64,000 nucleotides of DNA. It comes from Macrostomum lignano (lineage: Eukaryota). The stretch covers positions 1-64,000 of the forward strand of contig NIVC01001231.1 in the NCBI GenBank assembly GCA_002269645.1, read 5' to 3'. The stretch's first letter is position 1. Every line of letters begins with the position of its first letter. Shown here piece after piece: positions 12,492-23,686 of the stretch. The position numbers and the translations under genes are program-made. The notes under the pieces are model-generated. The model ran no database searches, was not told the DNA's origin, and saw nothing but the letters and a program-made list of their open reading frames with translations.

Positions 12492-13688
12492 CTGCAGCAC
12501 ATAGAGGTTGACATCCAGAGGCGCCAGCCTGAAGTACTCCGGACACTGGGCGGCGCCACCCGCCAGCTGGCAGGCCAGCGTCAATTTCACTGGTTCTCCG
12601 GGCCTGTCCGGGTCGGCCGCCTGCACTCGGAACACCGGTTGACCCACTGGTGTCACCTGGGTCAGGTCGGCGCTGCCCAGTCTGGTGGCCGAAATCGATG
12701 GCGGCCGGTCGTTGACGTCCAAGACGCGCACCAGCAGGTTGGCGCTGTTGGAATTGGCGCCATCCGACGCCAGCAGGACCAGCGAGTGGGCGCGCTTGGT
12801 CTCGAAGTCTAACTGGCCGGCCAGGCGGACAATCCCGGTGTCCGGCTCCACTGAGAACAGGCGGCTAGACTCGGACACCCCGTGCTCGATGCTGTAGCTC
12901 ACAATGCCGAACACCCCGGCGTCCCGATCGGTGGCCCGCACCTGGAGCAGCCGGGAGCCAACAGTGGCGTTCTCCAGCACGTCCAGGCTGTAGCGAGTCT
13001 GCTCAAACACCGGCCGCTCATCGTTGGCGTTCTCCACGATCACAGTGACACCGGCCGAGCCGGTCAGGCCGCGCTTATCCGTGGCAACCAGCCGCAGGCG
13101 GTGCTCAGCTGCCGACTCGAAGTCCAGCGGGGCGAGCAGCTCCAGCAGCAAGTCGGAGCGGGCCGGCCTGGCGGGCTGCTGGCGGAGCCGGAGGCGGAAC
13201 CGGTGCTCGGCGTTACCAGCGGTGATCTCCACTCGGTCGAGGCCGTTCTCCGCAGAGTCAGCGTCCTCCACGAAGCCCAAGGACAGCTCGGTGGGGACAG
13301 CGACCGTCTCCAGCAGCCGCAGCCACAGGCTGGAGTTGGAGAAGGTTGGGGCGCAGTCGTTTTTGTCGTCGATTAGCACGGTCACGTGACCGACCTGGCT
13401 GCCGCAGATGAAGTCGAAGCTGTAGGAAGCCTGGGCCTCGCGGTCCAGGGCTGCCAGAGTTCGAATCTGGCCGGTGCGCGAGTCCAAGCTGAAGCGGTCG
13501 CGCGGGATGCTGAAGGAGTTGTACACCTGGGCGCCGGCGCCGCCGCCACAGTCGCCGGAGTTCACAGAGCCAACAAGCAGGTCCGGCCGGTCTCCGTTCT
13601 CCTCAACATGGAAGGTGAAGTTGCTGGCCTGGCCGCTAGCGCCAGGGGGCGAGTGTAGCAGCGGCAGCAGCAACAGCAGCGGCAGCAT
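12492..13688 (-). CDS. Dachsous/Fat-like cadherin, coding exon 1 (signal peptide plus ~3.5 cadherin repeats)
   Basis: ATG with signal peptide MLPLLLLLPLLHSPPGASG; cadherin motifs LDRE, DKNDCAP, LDFE, ANDERPVF, ATDRDAG, DVNDRPP; donor CAG|GTGAGA at 12491, phase 0 (399 codons). Confidence 0.9.
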
Positions 13689-14602
13689 AGTGCGTCAGAG
13701 TGTCATGCCATGCCAGCAAGTTGCCGACAGTCAAACCGCTGGAACACAGGGGCGGGCCCGAGAATGACTTAATAGCCCCACGGTTGGGCCGGCAGTGCGT
13801 CAGGGATTGGCGCCCACACGGATCGGCGGCAGAGCCAATCAGAAAGGCTTGAGGCAGAAAACTTATTCTCGTTCGATTCATTCGTCACCTTACTAGCCCT
13901 CTGGGGCGAGTGTGCGAGAGGAGAGCCAGACTGCCTGTACAACCCCTGTCTACATCTTCATCTGCTGCTCAGCTAGAGCTCATTTCTGCCCCTCTACTCT
14001 TTTGCGACTTTGGCGAGCGAGGCAAGCGAGCGATAGATAAGATTGGGGTCAGGGGGAATCACATTTAGGACTCGAAGGCTTCGCTTGGCTACCGGAGACT
14101 GACAGACAGAGTGACGAACAGTGCCTACTGATTGGGTCGATCGGGGGGAACTGCCGAGGTCCCGGGCCGCAGCAGCCGCCCCTCCCGCCTGCTCTGTAAT
14201 TCAAAGACGCGAGAGGGAGAGGTGGAACTGAGGAAGAGGCGAGATCAGGAGGAGGGATTACTCAGCTTCCGATTTTGCGGCTAAGCAAGCCTCCTCAATC
14301 ACACACAACACCGCTCGCCATGAGAGTCTGAGAGCAGAGCGCAGTGAGAGGAAAACGCGAGCTTATTCCAGATGGGAGGGAGCTCTGTAGCGAATCCCGA
14401 GTGATTTTTTTCAAACATCCTTGAGTAAGGAAGAATAGAGAGCGAAATTGCGAACTAGCTAGACTTTTTTATCACCGTCAGAACTGTGCGGAATTCTAGA
14501 GAAAATATTCAGAGCTTGGAAGATTGCAAAAGAGCTTGGTAAAAAGTGAGTTGCTACTCATTTCCTAATTCAAAAATCCTATTCATGCAACACCGCAACA
14601 CT

Positions 14603-16447
14603 GATCTAGCTGGCACCTCTGTCACCTTGGGAATTCCAGATGATCCAGCTTAAACCTCTGTCACCTTGGGGAATTCCCGGTGATCCAGCTTGCATCTTTG
14701 TCACCTTGGGAATTCCCGGTGATCCAGCTTGCATCTCTGTCACCCTGGGAATTCCCCGGTGATCCAGCTTAAATCTTTGTCACCCTGGGAATTCCCCGGT
14801 GATCCAGCTTGCATCTTTGTCACCCTGGGAATTCCCGGTGATCCAGCTTGCATCTTTGTCACCCTGGGAATTCCCCGGTGATCCAGCTTGCATCTTTGTC
14901 ACCCTGGGAATTCCCCGGTGATCCAGCTTGCATCTTTGTCACCTTGGGGAATTCCCCGGTGATCCAGCTTGCATCTTTGTCACCCTGGGAATTCCCCGGT
15001 GATCCAGCTTGCATCTTTGTCACCCTGGGAATTCCCGGTGATCCAGCTTGCATCTTTGTCACCTTGGGGAATTCCCCGGTGATCCAGCTTGCATCTTTGT
15101 CACCCTGGGAATTCCCCGGTGATCCAGCTTGCATCTTTGTCACCCTGGGAATTCCCCGGTGATCCAGCTTGCATCTTTGTCACCCTGGGAATTCCCGGTG
15201 ATCCAGCTTGCATCTCTGTCACCCTGGGAATTCCCGGTGATCCAGCTTGCATCTTTGTCACCCTGGGAATTCCCCGGTGATCCAGCTTGCATCTTTGTCA
15301 CCCTGGGAATTCCCGGTGATCCAGCTTAAATATTTGTCACCCTGGGAATTCCCCGGTGATCCAGCTTGCATCTCTGTCACCTTGGGAATTCCCCGGTGAT
15401 CCAGCTTGCATCTTTGTCACCCTGGGAATTCCCGGTGATCCAGCTTGCATCTTTGTCACCCTGGGAATTCCCCGGTGATCCAGCTTGCATCTTTGTCACC
15501 CTGGGAATTCCCCGGTGATCCAGCTTGCATCTCTGTCACCTTGGGGAATTCCCCGGTGATCCAGCTTAAATCTTTGTCACCCTGGGAATTCCCCGGTGAT
15601 CCAGCTTGCATCTCTGTCACCCTGGGAATTCCCGGTGATCCAGCTTGCATCTCTGTCACCCTGGGAATTCCCCGGTGATCCAGCTTGCATCTTTGTCACC
15701 CTGGGAATTCCCGGTGATCCAGCTTGCATCTTTGTCACCCTGGGAATTCCCGGTGATCCAGCTTGCATCTTTGTCACCCTGGGAATTCCCCGGTGATCCA
15801 GCTTGCATCTTTGTCACCCTGGGAATTCCCGGTGATCCAGCTTGCATCTCTGTCACCCTGGGAATTCCCGGTGATCCAGCTTGCATCTTTGTCACCTTGG
15901 GGAATTCCCGGTGATCCAGCTTGCATCTCTGTCACCTTGGGGAATTCCCGGTGATCCAGCTTGCATCTTTGTCACCTTGGGGAATTCCCGGTAATCCAGC
16001 TTGCATCTTTGTCACCCTGGGAATTCCCCGGTGATCCAGCTTGCATCTCTGTCACCTTGGGGAATTCCCCGGTGATCCAGCTTAAATCTTTGTCACCCTG
16101 GGAATTCCCCGGTGATCCAGCTTGCATCTTTGTCACCCTGGGAATTCCCGGTGATCCAGCTTGCATCTCTGTCACCCTGGGAATTCCCCGGTGATCCAGC
16201 TTGCATCTTTGTCACCCTGGGAATTCCTGGTGATCCAGCTTGCATCTTTGTCACCTTGGGAATTCCAGATGATCCAGCTTGCATCTTTGTCACCTTGGGA
16301 ATTCCCCGGTGATCCAGCTTGCATCTTTGTTACCCTGGGAATTCCCGGTGATCCAGCTTGCATCTTTGTTACCCTGGGAATTCCCCGGTGATCCAGCTTG
16401 CATCTTTGTCACCCTGGGAATTCCCGGTGATCCAGCTTGCATCTGCC
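14603..16447. repeat. 39-41-bp minisatellite GATCCAGCTTGCATCTTTGTCACCCTGGGAATTCCCCGGT
   Basis: ~46 copies upstream of the cadherin ATG. Confidence 0.95.
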
Positions 16448-17609
16448 ACCCCTAGATACATGTTAAGTTCCCTCAGCTCTCGCGGGGGAGGACATCATTC
16501 GAAATCAAATAGCCAAAATTTTGGAGGCAAATTTTGTTAGTCGTAGAAGAAACTCAATCAGGGCGCTTTGCCGCGGCAACTGAAAACTGGCTAAGAACTC
16601 GAGGATTCTGCAGAGGCAAAACTCCTGGTGATTACGTAATTGTAATCGAATCTCGATAGGCAAGCTCAGATTTCAGTCTCCACGTTAATTAACTAGAAAT
16701 CTTGCTACGCCTGCTTACGAATTGAAATTCGCTCTTTTAGAAGCCAAAATGTTTTCAGTTAGAGCTTAACTGACCTCTGCAATTAACGAATTATCAAAGA
16801 ATTCTTAGCAGAAAAAATAGAATTCAGGCATGCCAGTAAAAAAATCCTCCCTTAGAAAAGGGATACACAAAGTTAAATGCAGAAAAAGAAAGACAGGCAG
16901 TCAGGCGCCCACAGAATCTCCAGTCCTCCATCGCTGGCGGACGGGGCGTGACGTAACCGCGCTAGGGTCATTACTGCCCCTCCGCTGTTCCCCCTCCCCC
17001 GTTGCGTGTCCCCAGCAGCCCCGGTGAATAGACTAGCGAAGCCCGATCCCATTTCCGCGACTCTTTTTAGACCCAAAAATTCATCTCCGTTTCAAATTCT
17101 TTTGCAACAAAGAAGAGAGAAAAAAACAGTTGAAAACGATAATAAAAAACAAGGAAAGTCTTCGTTTGCTTTGCAATTCTGAAAACCTCGTGCTAGCGGC
17201 CAGGCACTGGATGGGAACATTTTATTTTTCCAGCCGGACTCAACTGAAATAGCGAGATCGCTAATTCAATTTGACCGTCAGTCGGTCGCTCACCTGCCCC
17301 CCCCCCCCTCGTTCAATTTCAATTCAAATTGTCACCCGCAACGATCTCTAGAATTCTTAATGACCGGGGGCTTCGGCAGAGGCGTGACGCATTCAAATAT
17401 CAGATTCAAGGCGGCTCACGCTTTGAAGCGTCTATGTAGAAGAGCCGCAAGATTCCGTCGAGTGCCCTCTCAAACGAGGGCGCGCCACTTGGCAACCAAC
17501 GAAGAGCCGACGAGACTGGAGACTTCTGCGCACTAGACAAGATGAGAGCAGAGATAGGCGAACTCTGCCAACTAAACAGGCTTCAGCCTTTGATTGCTTA
17601 TCTTCTTTG

Positions 17610-17611
17610 TT

Positions 17612-17646
<35 letters not shown>

Positions 17647-17693
17647 GCCTCTGTCTGTCTGTCTGTCTATCTGTCTGTTTGTTTGTCTGTCTC

Positions 17694-17738
<45 letters not shown>

Positions 17739-17747
17739 TTCTGTCTT

Positions 17748-17824
<77 letters not shown>

Positions 17825-17835
17825 TTGTCTGTCTC

Positions 17836-17876
<41 letters not shown>

Positions 17877-17886
17877 TTCTGTCTTT

Positions 17887-17918
<32 letters not shown>

Positions 17919-17938
17919 TTGTCTGTCTCTCTGTCTTT

Positions 17939-17970
<32 letters not shown>

Positions 17971-18000
17971 TTGTCTGTCTCTCTGTCTGTCTTTCTGTCC

Positions 18001-18032
<32 letters not shown>

Positions 18033-18050
18033 GGCTGTCTGTCTGTCTGT
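17610..18050. repeat. (TCTG)n microsatellite
   Basis: Direct reading. Confidence 0.95.
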
Positions 18051-19724
18051 GTCAGCTTGTTGAATGAACATTAGTAAATTTATAAACGATGCATTTTAGA
18101 TGCAGTCAAGAATAATCTGAACATGTAGCTTGAATTACTAGTTCTAATCCAAGCATCCTCTACAATGGTGCATGCCCCGCAGTTCCTGATTAAATGAACG
18201 CGGCAAACCAACCGAAAACACAGCATACCCGGTACACAGATGTTTTTCTAACTACCAGAGCTTCTTAATTGCTGGCGAGTTTACGTAGCAGCCTCACACG
18301 TGGCCATTATATGGGCAGCTGGCTGGGCACTACAGAGCCTTTTAATGCTGTTCCAGCCTCGAGTATTCAGAGGCTTGAACGGAAACCCACCACAGCGAGG
18401 CCAGCGGTCGTGGCCAGAGCCTTATTAGATCGAGCCTTCGTACAGCAGGGGGGATTCATTAAGGTGCAAATAGCGGCTAAAATGCTATCGCGCAGAAAAC
18501 TAGTGATGAGCAGAGCAAAGCACGGCACAGACACATTTCAATCGAATGCACAGACAGCACTGCTTGGTTGAATTCACAGAACTGCAATATGCAACATTAT
18601 GAACAAGAGGCATCCAACATGCATGTTCTCATTGTTAAGTCTTTCAAAAGACTGAATGTTGAAAATATTGGCTCTAAAAAATTCCCATGTAGAAAATAAA
18701 AATATTGCTCTATCTACTCATAGTACCTATGAGTAGTATTATGAACTATAGATTAGTTATATCATGATAAGTAAGCTTCAAAAACTTACAAATAGGCCGA
18801 ATCTGTTTGTCTGTAGTAAGTAAACAAGCTGATTTTCTTGCTTTGAAAACAAGCAATAAACATGCTTTTTCCAATAGTGACTTATGTTTCAAGTTACTTG
18901 TATGTAAATGTTGCCTGAATTGACTTGTATAGGCCTATTACATATGTTGCTATTAGTGATTTGTATTTAAAGTTTGGCTATAGTGACCTATATATATATA
19001 CTAATAGAAATAGCCAAGTGAATCCAAAAGTTTTATACCTATGCTTTTGCTATTTGAAATGTTTTTTTCGTGAAATTTAGGCTCTATCTAGAGAAGGCTA
19101 TTGATAAAATTGTGGCTTGGATATATTTAGCATAGGCCCAACAATTAAAGTAGATTCTAGATTCATTCATGTGCTTATAAATAATAAGTCCCATAGGTAT
19201 CAAGGTATTAGATTATTGTTGCTATCTAAAAATATTTTTAGCTAAGAACTAAAGGTCTTAAATAATAAAAGCTTTTTATAATAAAGGATTTTATAACATT
19301 TAGTTTAAGCCAATGTTTGGCTAACTTTTTAACTATAAGACTAAGGGCCCAGAAGAGGAGAATGGAGAATAGAAAAGAAAGGAAAAAAGAAGAAGGGAGA
19401 AGAAGAGAGGAGAGGGGAGAGGAAAGAAGAGGGGAAAAAGAAAAGAGAAAGAAGCTATAAGATAAGACATAAGCCTTAGGTGGACTAGATTACTATTGTA
19501 GTTTAATAGACCCAAGGACTAGAAAAAGAGGCTTTGTGGGCCACATAGGACCCATAGGGTAGAGTTGCCAAGCCAACCCATAGTTTAAGCCTAGATATTA
19601 ATGCTTTCCTAGACCTAAGACCTAGGGCTAGGGTTGAAACCATATAAGAATTATTTGCCTTATCAAATTGCTAGTTTTATGACTATTTTGCATTTTCTAG
19701 GCTATACCAGTATATATAATTTAA

Positions 19725-20181
19725 GGCAGTTGTTATTTGTCCAGTGACCAGACGAATAGCCTTTTTGCTATTTGTCCAGTTAAATTGCTAACACAAGTAT
19801 CTTATTTGTTTTGTGATGATTATTCTAGATTTTTAAGACCTTTTCTCATATACTGATTAATATTTTCTTGTATACTAGAGTGTAAGCAAAACAGTGTATT
19901 CAATTTGGCATAATTTGATATATAAGACACATATTAATATAACAATATAATAATCAAGATACAAGTAAGAAGTCTTTGAAGTCTAAGAATATTTACCCTT
20001 GTGGTTTTTATGAACTAGATATTTTAGCATTATCAATTTAACTGGACAAATAACAAAATGTCTATTTGTCTAGTATTAACCGGATGAATAGGGAAAGCAT
20101 GGTCAGGATCCAGTTGATTCCAGTAACCGGACAAATAACCACATTGCTATTTGTCCAGTCACCGGACAAATAACAGCTGCC
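19725..20181. mobile_element. Degenerate MITE (Mutator-like by TSD length)
   Basis: Imperfect ~58-bp terminal inverted repeats GGCAG(T/C)TGTTATTTGTCC... at 19725-19782 and 20124-20181; perfect 9-bp flanking duplication ATAATTTAA at 19716-19724 and 20182-20190; no ORF. Confidence 0.75.
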
Positions 20182-21654
20182 ATAATTTAAATGTTTAAAC
20201 CAACTTAAAGAATGCTACTAGATATATATTTTATATAGGCCCTAGTACTAAACATGTGTTGTAAACCTGACCTGGCCAGTCTCCCAGACAAAGGTCAGAC
20301 TGGTGAGTCAGTACCAATAGATAGAGCCTAATACTATAATAGGAAATAGGCCTATCCACTTGAGTATGTCAATGAATGGCATTTTAAAAAGCCTTAAACC
20401 GTGTTAAAAGAAAATATAAATTTAAGTTTAACTAAAGTCAAGATTGTATTGACAGCATGGGAAATAACAAAATAGCAAGTTCTACACATAAAATCAAGAA
20501 TAATGAAGCAGTTCATAGGCCTATTCATATATATTTTAAACTAGATCTAGCTGACTCAAATACTGAATTATTAAACATAAGCCCTACTCTCTAGCTATTG
20601 CGGTCGAAATGCATTGGCAAAAGTCTAAGAAACTAAAATGTTGATTTTGAGTTTCCTCTACTTAATTGTTGTCAAGCGAGCAACCCTACCGGGATCTCTA
20701 GCTATAATCTACATCGGCGATTATTAATTTAATAATTAACCATTGAGGACTTGGAGCCCATAAGGCATAACACCAACATACAGTTGGCCTTCTCTCTGCA
20801 CGCACGCACGTGGACCGACTTCCAAGAATATAGAAAAGTCAAAATTTTGCCATGTGGAAGATAACGACAGAACAACAAATTTTAATGTCAATCATAATTA
20901 AATATGTATAGCGAGATTTTTACTTCTCGGGAGGATTTCGAGCTAATATGCAAATGCAACGCATTATGCGTGCAATTATGGGAATGCATCTAATAATTGG
21001 CAACAGTGCAACTATTTTTCATTTCAATTATTGTACAGGGGTTACGACAGGTGTAGCATGGGTCTACACTACATACATGTATTTAAGGACCGAGTGCCAA
21101 ACACAAACTGCGGCATTGACAGTCGTGTAACACGAAAAATCAACCGAGATCTTGAAAATCATCCGAAAGCGTGACAAATTGCCATCACGGGATGGTCCAG
21201 CATGTAAAAGGACAAATTATAGAGTGCTCCCGATGAACAGTGGTCAGTGGGACAATTGACGAATCTCAGGCGTTTTTGAACGCTACAGAATGGAAAATTA
21301 GAGCAAGTCACTCTGCATGAGTGCTCTAGCACCCCACATAGCAAGTGACGAATGATTCGAATATTCTCTAGAAGGGCTTGCCTGTCAATTGGCGATGCAA
21401 ACGAGCATGCCTGAAGGTAGAACGCGAGGCAAGCATGTACACTTTTAGAAGGAGACGTATGGGTTGCATATTTACGAAGTGATTTTTGTACAAAACAAAA
21501 AATCAAGGGACTTTTCGGCCAACAGCTAGTTATCACTGATTAGATTAACAATGAATTAAGCGGCAGTCTTATTAGCCATGCAGAGATCAGCAAAGTGTAT
21601 TCAGCACAATAAACAGGGCAGCTGGATTGAGCACGCTAACAAGCCAAAAACTGC

Positions 21655-21893
21655 TCAGTAGGGCCGGTAACCATCACGCTCGTTCAGCACCTGCCAATCG
21701 AATGTCCAGCCGCAGGATTCGGTTCGAAAGATGCTCCACAATTTGAGTGCAGCTGCCACCAGAATTGCCACCACAACGAGCCATAAAAGCCACCGACCAG
21801 CGGGTAAAAATTGCTCCCAAGGTTGCTGAGAGATCTCCAGGCCGCTGGCAGTGGCCGGCCAGTACTGACCAGGCATCGCCTGGGGCGGCAGTG

Positions 21894-21924
<31 letters not shown>

Positions 21925-22719
21925 TTGTTGTTGCTCTCGCCTCTGCATGGAGCCTGCTAGTAAGTTTAGCAGAAGACAGTAAAATGTTTTATAGTGATTC
22001 AGTGTTTATAACCCATATAGCGATTCAGCATACAGCTTCGAACTCACCAATTGCAGTCCTGTGCTGCTGCCCGTCCTTAGAGGCCAGAAATTGGCAAATT
22101 CGGCTCTGGCACAGTTCAAACTCGCAGCTCAGTGAGTAGTCCAGCCTGTCGGCCAGTGCACCCAGAGTCTCCGCCAGCTGACCGAGTCGACGAGCCCTGT
22201 TGAAAAGATCCGTGTGAAATTACTAACAGTGAGTTCAATTAGCATCTAGAACATGAATAAATGGACTTAAATGAACGCCAATGCCAAGTTCTTGCAAAAT
22301 TTATTGATCTTTGCTTCGGTTGCGACTCACTCAGTTTCAACATCCGGGTCGCCGCGGTCGACTTCGTCGGCAAACTTGATCACGTGACGCAGGAAGGCGG
22401 CCTCCAGTCGGCAGACCAGCCGTTCAACTGCTCGGCTGCGCTGCAGCCACAGCTGGGAGGTGTCCGCCAGCATCCGGCGCCATCGACGAGTTCGATCGGC
22501 ATCGGCGGACTCGGCCTGGATGGATACGGTTGAGTGGGCCGCTCTCAGCGATTCGCAATCGATTTCATCGGCGGCCAGCTGCAAGCAGTCGGCGTGGATC
22601 TCGGCGATGCCCGGCAGAGCCGACCGGTAGGAGGCATCGCGATTGGCCAGGCTAGCCAGGGAGCTCGACAGGTGCAGTCGCATGTGGCTGACGTCTCGGT
22701 AGTGGCTCTCAGCTGCCAT
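21655..22719 (-). CDS. 3-exon gene for a ~279-aa helical protein with polyQ and a C-terminal transmembrane anchor (KASH-like candidate)
   Basis: Exons 22719-22331, 22196-22048 and 21956-21655 join in frame through GTGAGT donors and CAG/TAG acceptors (phases 2 and 1); TM segment WLLWLVVVAILVAAALKLW lies 26-27 aa from the stop. Confidence 0.75.
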
Positions 22720-23049
22720 GCCTTTGGTGGCTTTGCTGTCAAAAATTATTTACAAGCTTTAAGGCTAGCTTCGCTTGAGACTCTTAGCTGACTCTAGACT
22801 CTGAGACTTCAGTAGTTGAAGAAGCGGGTTAAGCCATAAACCAAAAACTACCAAAAGGATCTGGATTCCGTGACACAGATGAAATAATCAGAGTGTAGGA
22901 AATTCAAATTCAAGTTCCGCGTTTTCCCGCGCGCTTTAATTGGCTGAGAGAAATTTTTTTTTCGTGGAAATGTTACTTAATATATATGGAGGTGTCTTGT
23001 CTATGGCCTCTCTCGGCCAATGAAATGACTTGGGTGAGTTCCATTTATT

Positions 23050-23660
23050 AGGCTCCAGGAGACTCCTGGAGAGAGAGCGGAGGAGAAGACTCCCGGAGAG
23101 AGAGCGGAGGAGAAGACTCCCGGAGAGAGAGCGGAGGAGAAGACTCCATGAGAGAGAGCGGAGGAGAAGACTCCCGGAGAGAGAGCGGAGGAGAAGATTC
23201 CCGGAGAGAGAGCGGAGGAGAAGACTCCCGGAGAGAGAGCGGAGGAGAAGACTCCCGGAGAGAGAGCGGAGGAGAAGACTCCATGAGAGAGAGCGGAGGA
23301 GAAGACTCCCGGAGAGAGAGCGGAGGAGAAGATTCCTGGAGAGAGAGCGGAGGAGAAGACTCCCGGAGAGAGAGCGGAGGAGAAGACTCCCGGAGAGAGA
23401 GAGAGAGAGCGGAGGAGATGACTCCCGGAGAGAGAGCGCAGGAGAAGACTCCCGGAGAGAGAGCGGAGGGGAAGACTCCAGGAGAGAGAGAGAGAGAGAG
23501 AGAGCGGAGGGGAAGACTCCAGGAGAGAGAGAGAGAGCGGAGGGGAAGACTCCAGGAGAGAGAGCGGAGGGGAAGACTCCAGGAGGGAGAGCGGGGGGAA
23601 GACTCCATGAGAGAGAGCGGAGGGTAGGATTGCATGAGAGAGAGAGAGCGGAGGGGAAGA
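23050..23660. repeat. 30-bp minisatellite GAGAGAGCGGAGGAGAAGACTCCCGGAGAG-type
   Basis: ~20 copies, ending ~25 bp before the first LTR element. Confidence 0.95.
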
Positions 23661-23686
23661 ACCAGGGATATTTTTGTTTATGAGAC

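Noticed and set aside
14603-16447. CRISPR-like appearance of palindromic ~40-bp repeats
   Set aside because: No unique spacers, no cas genes, and a eukaryotic context.
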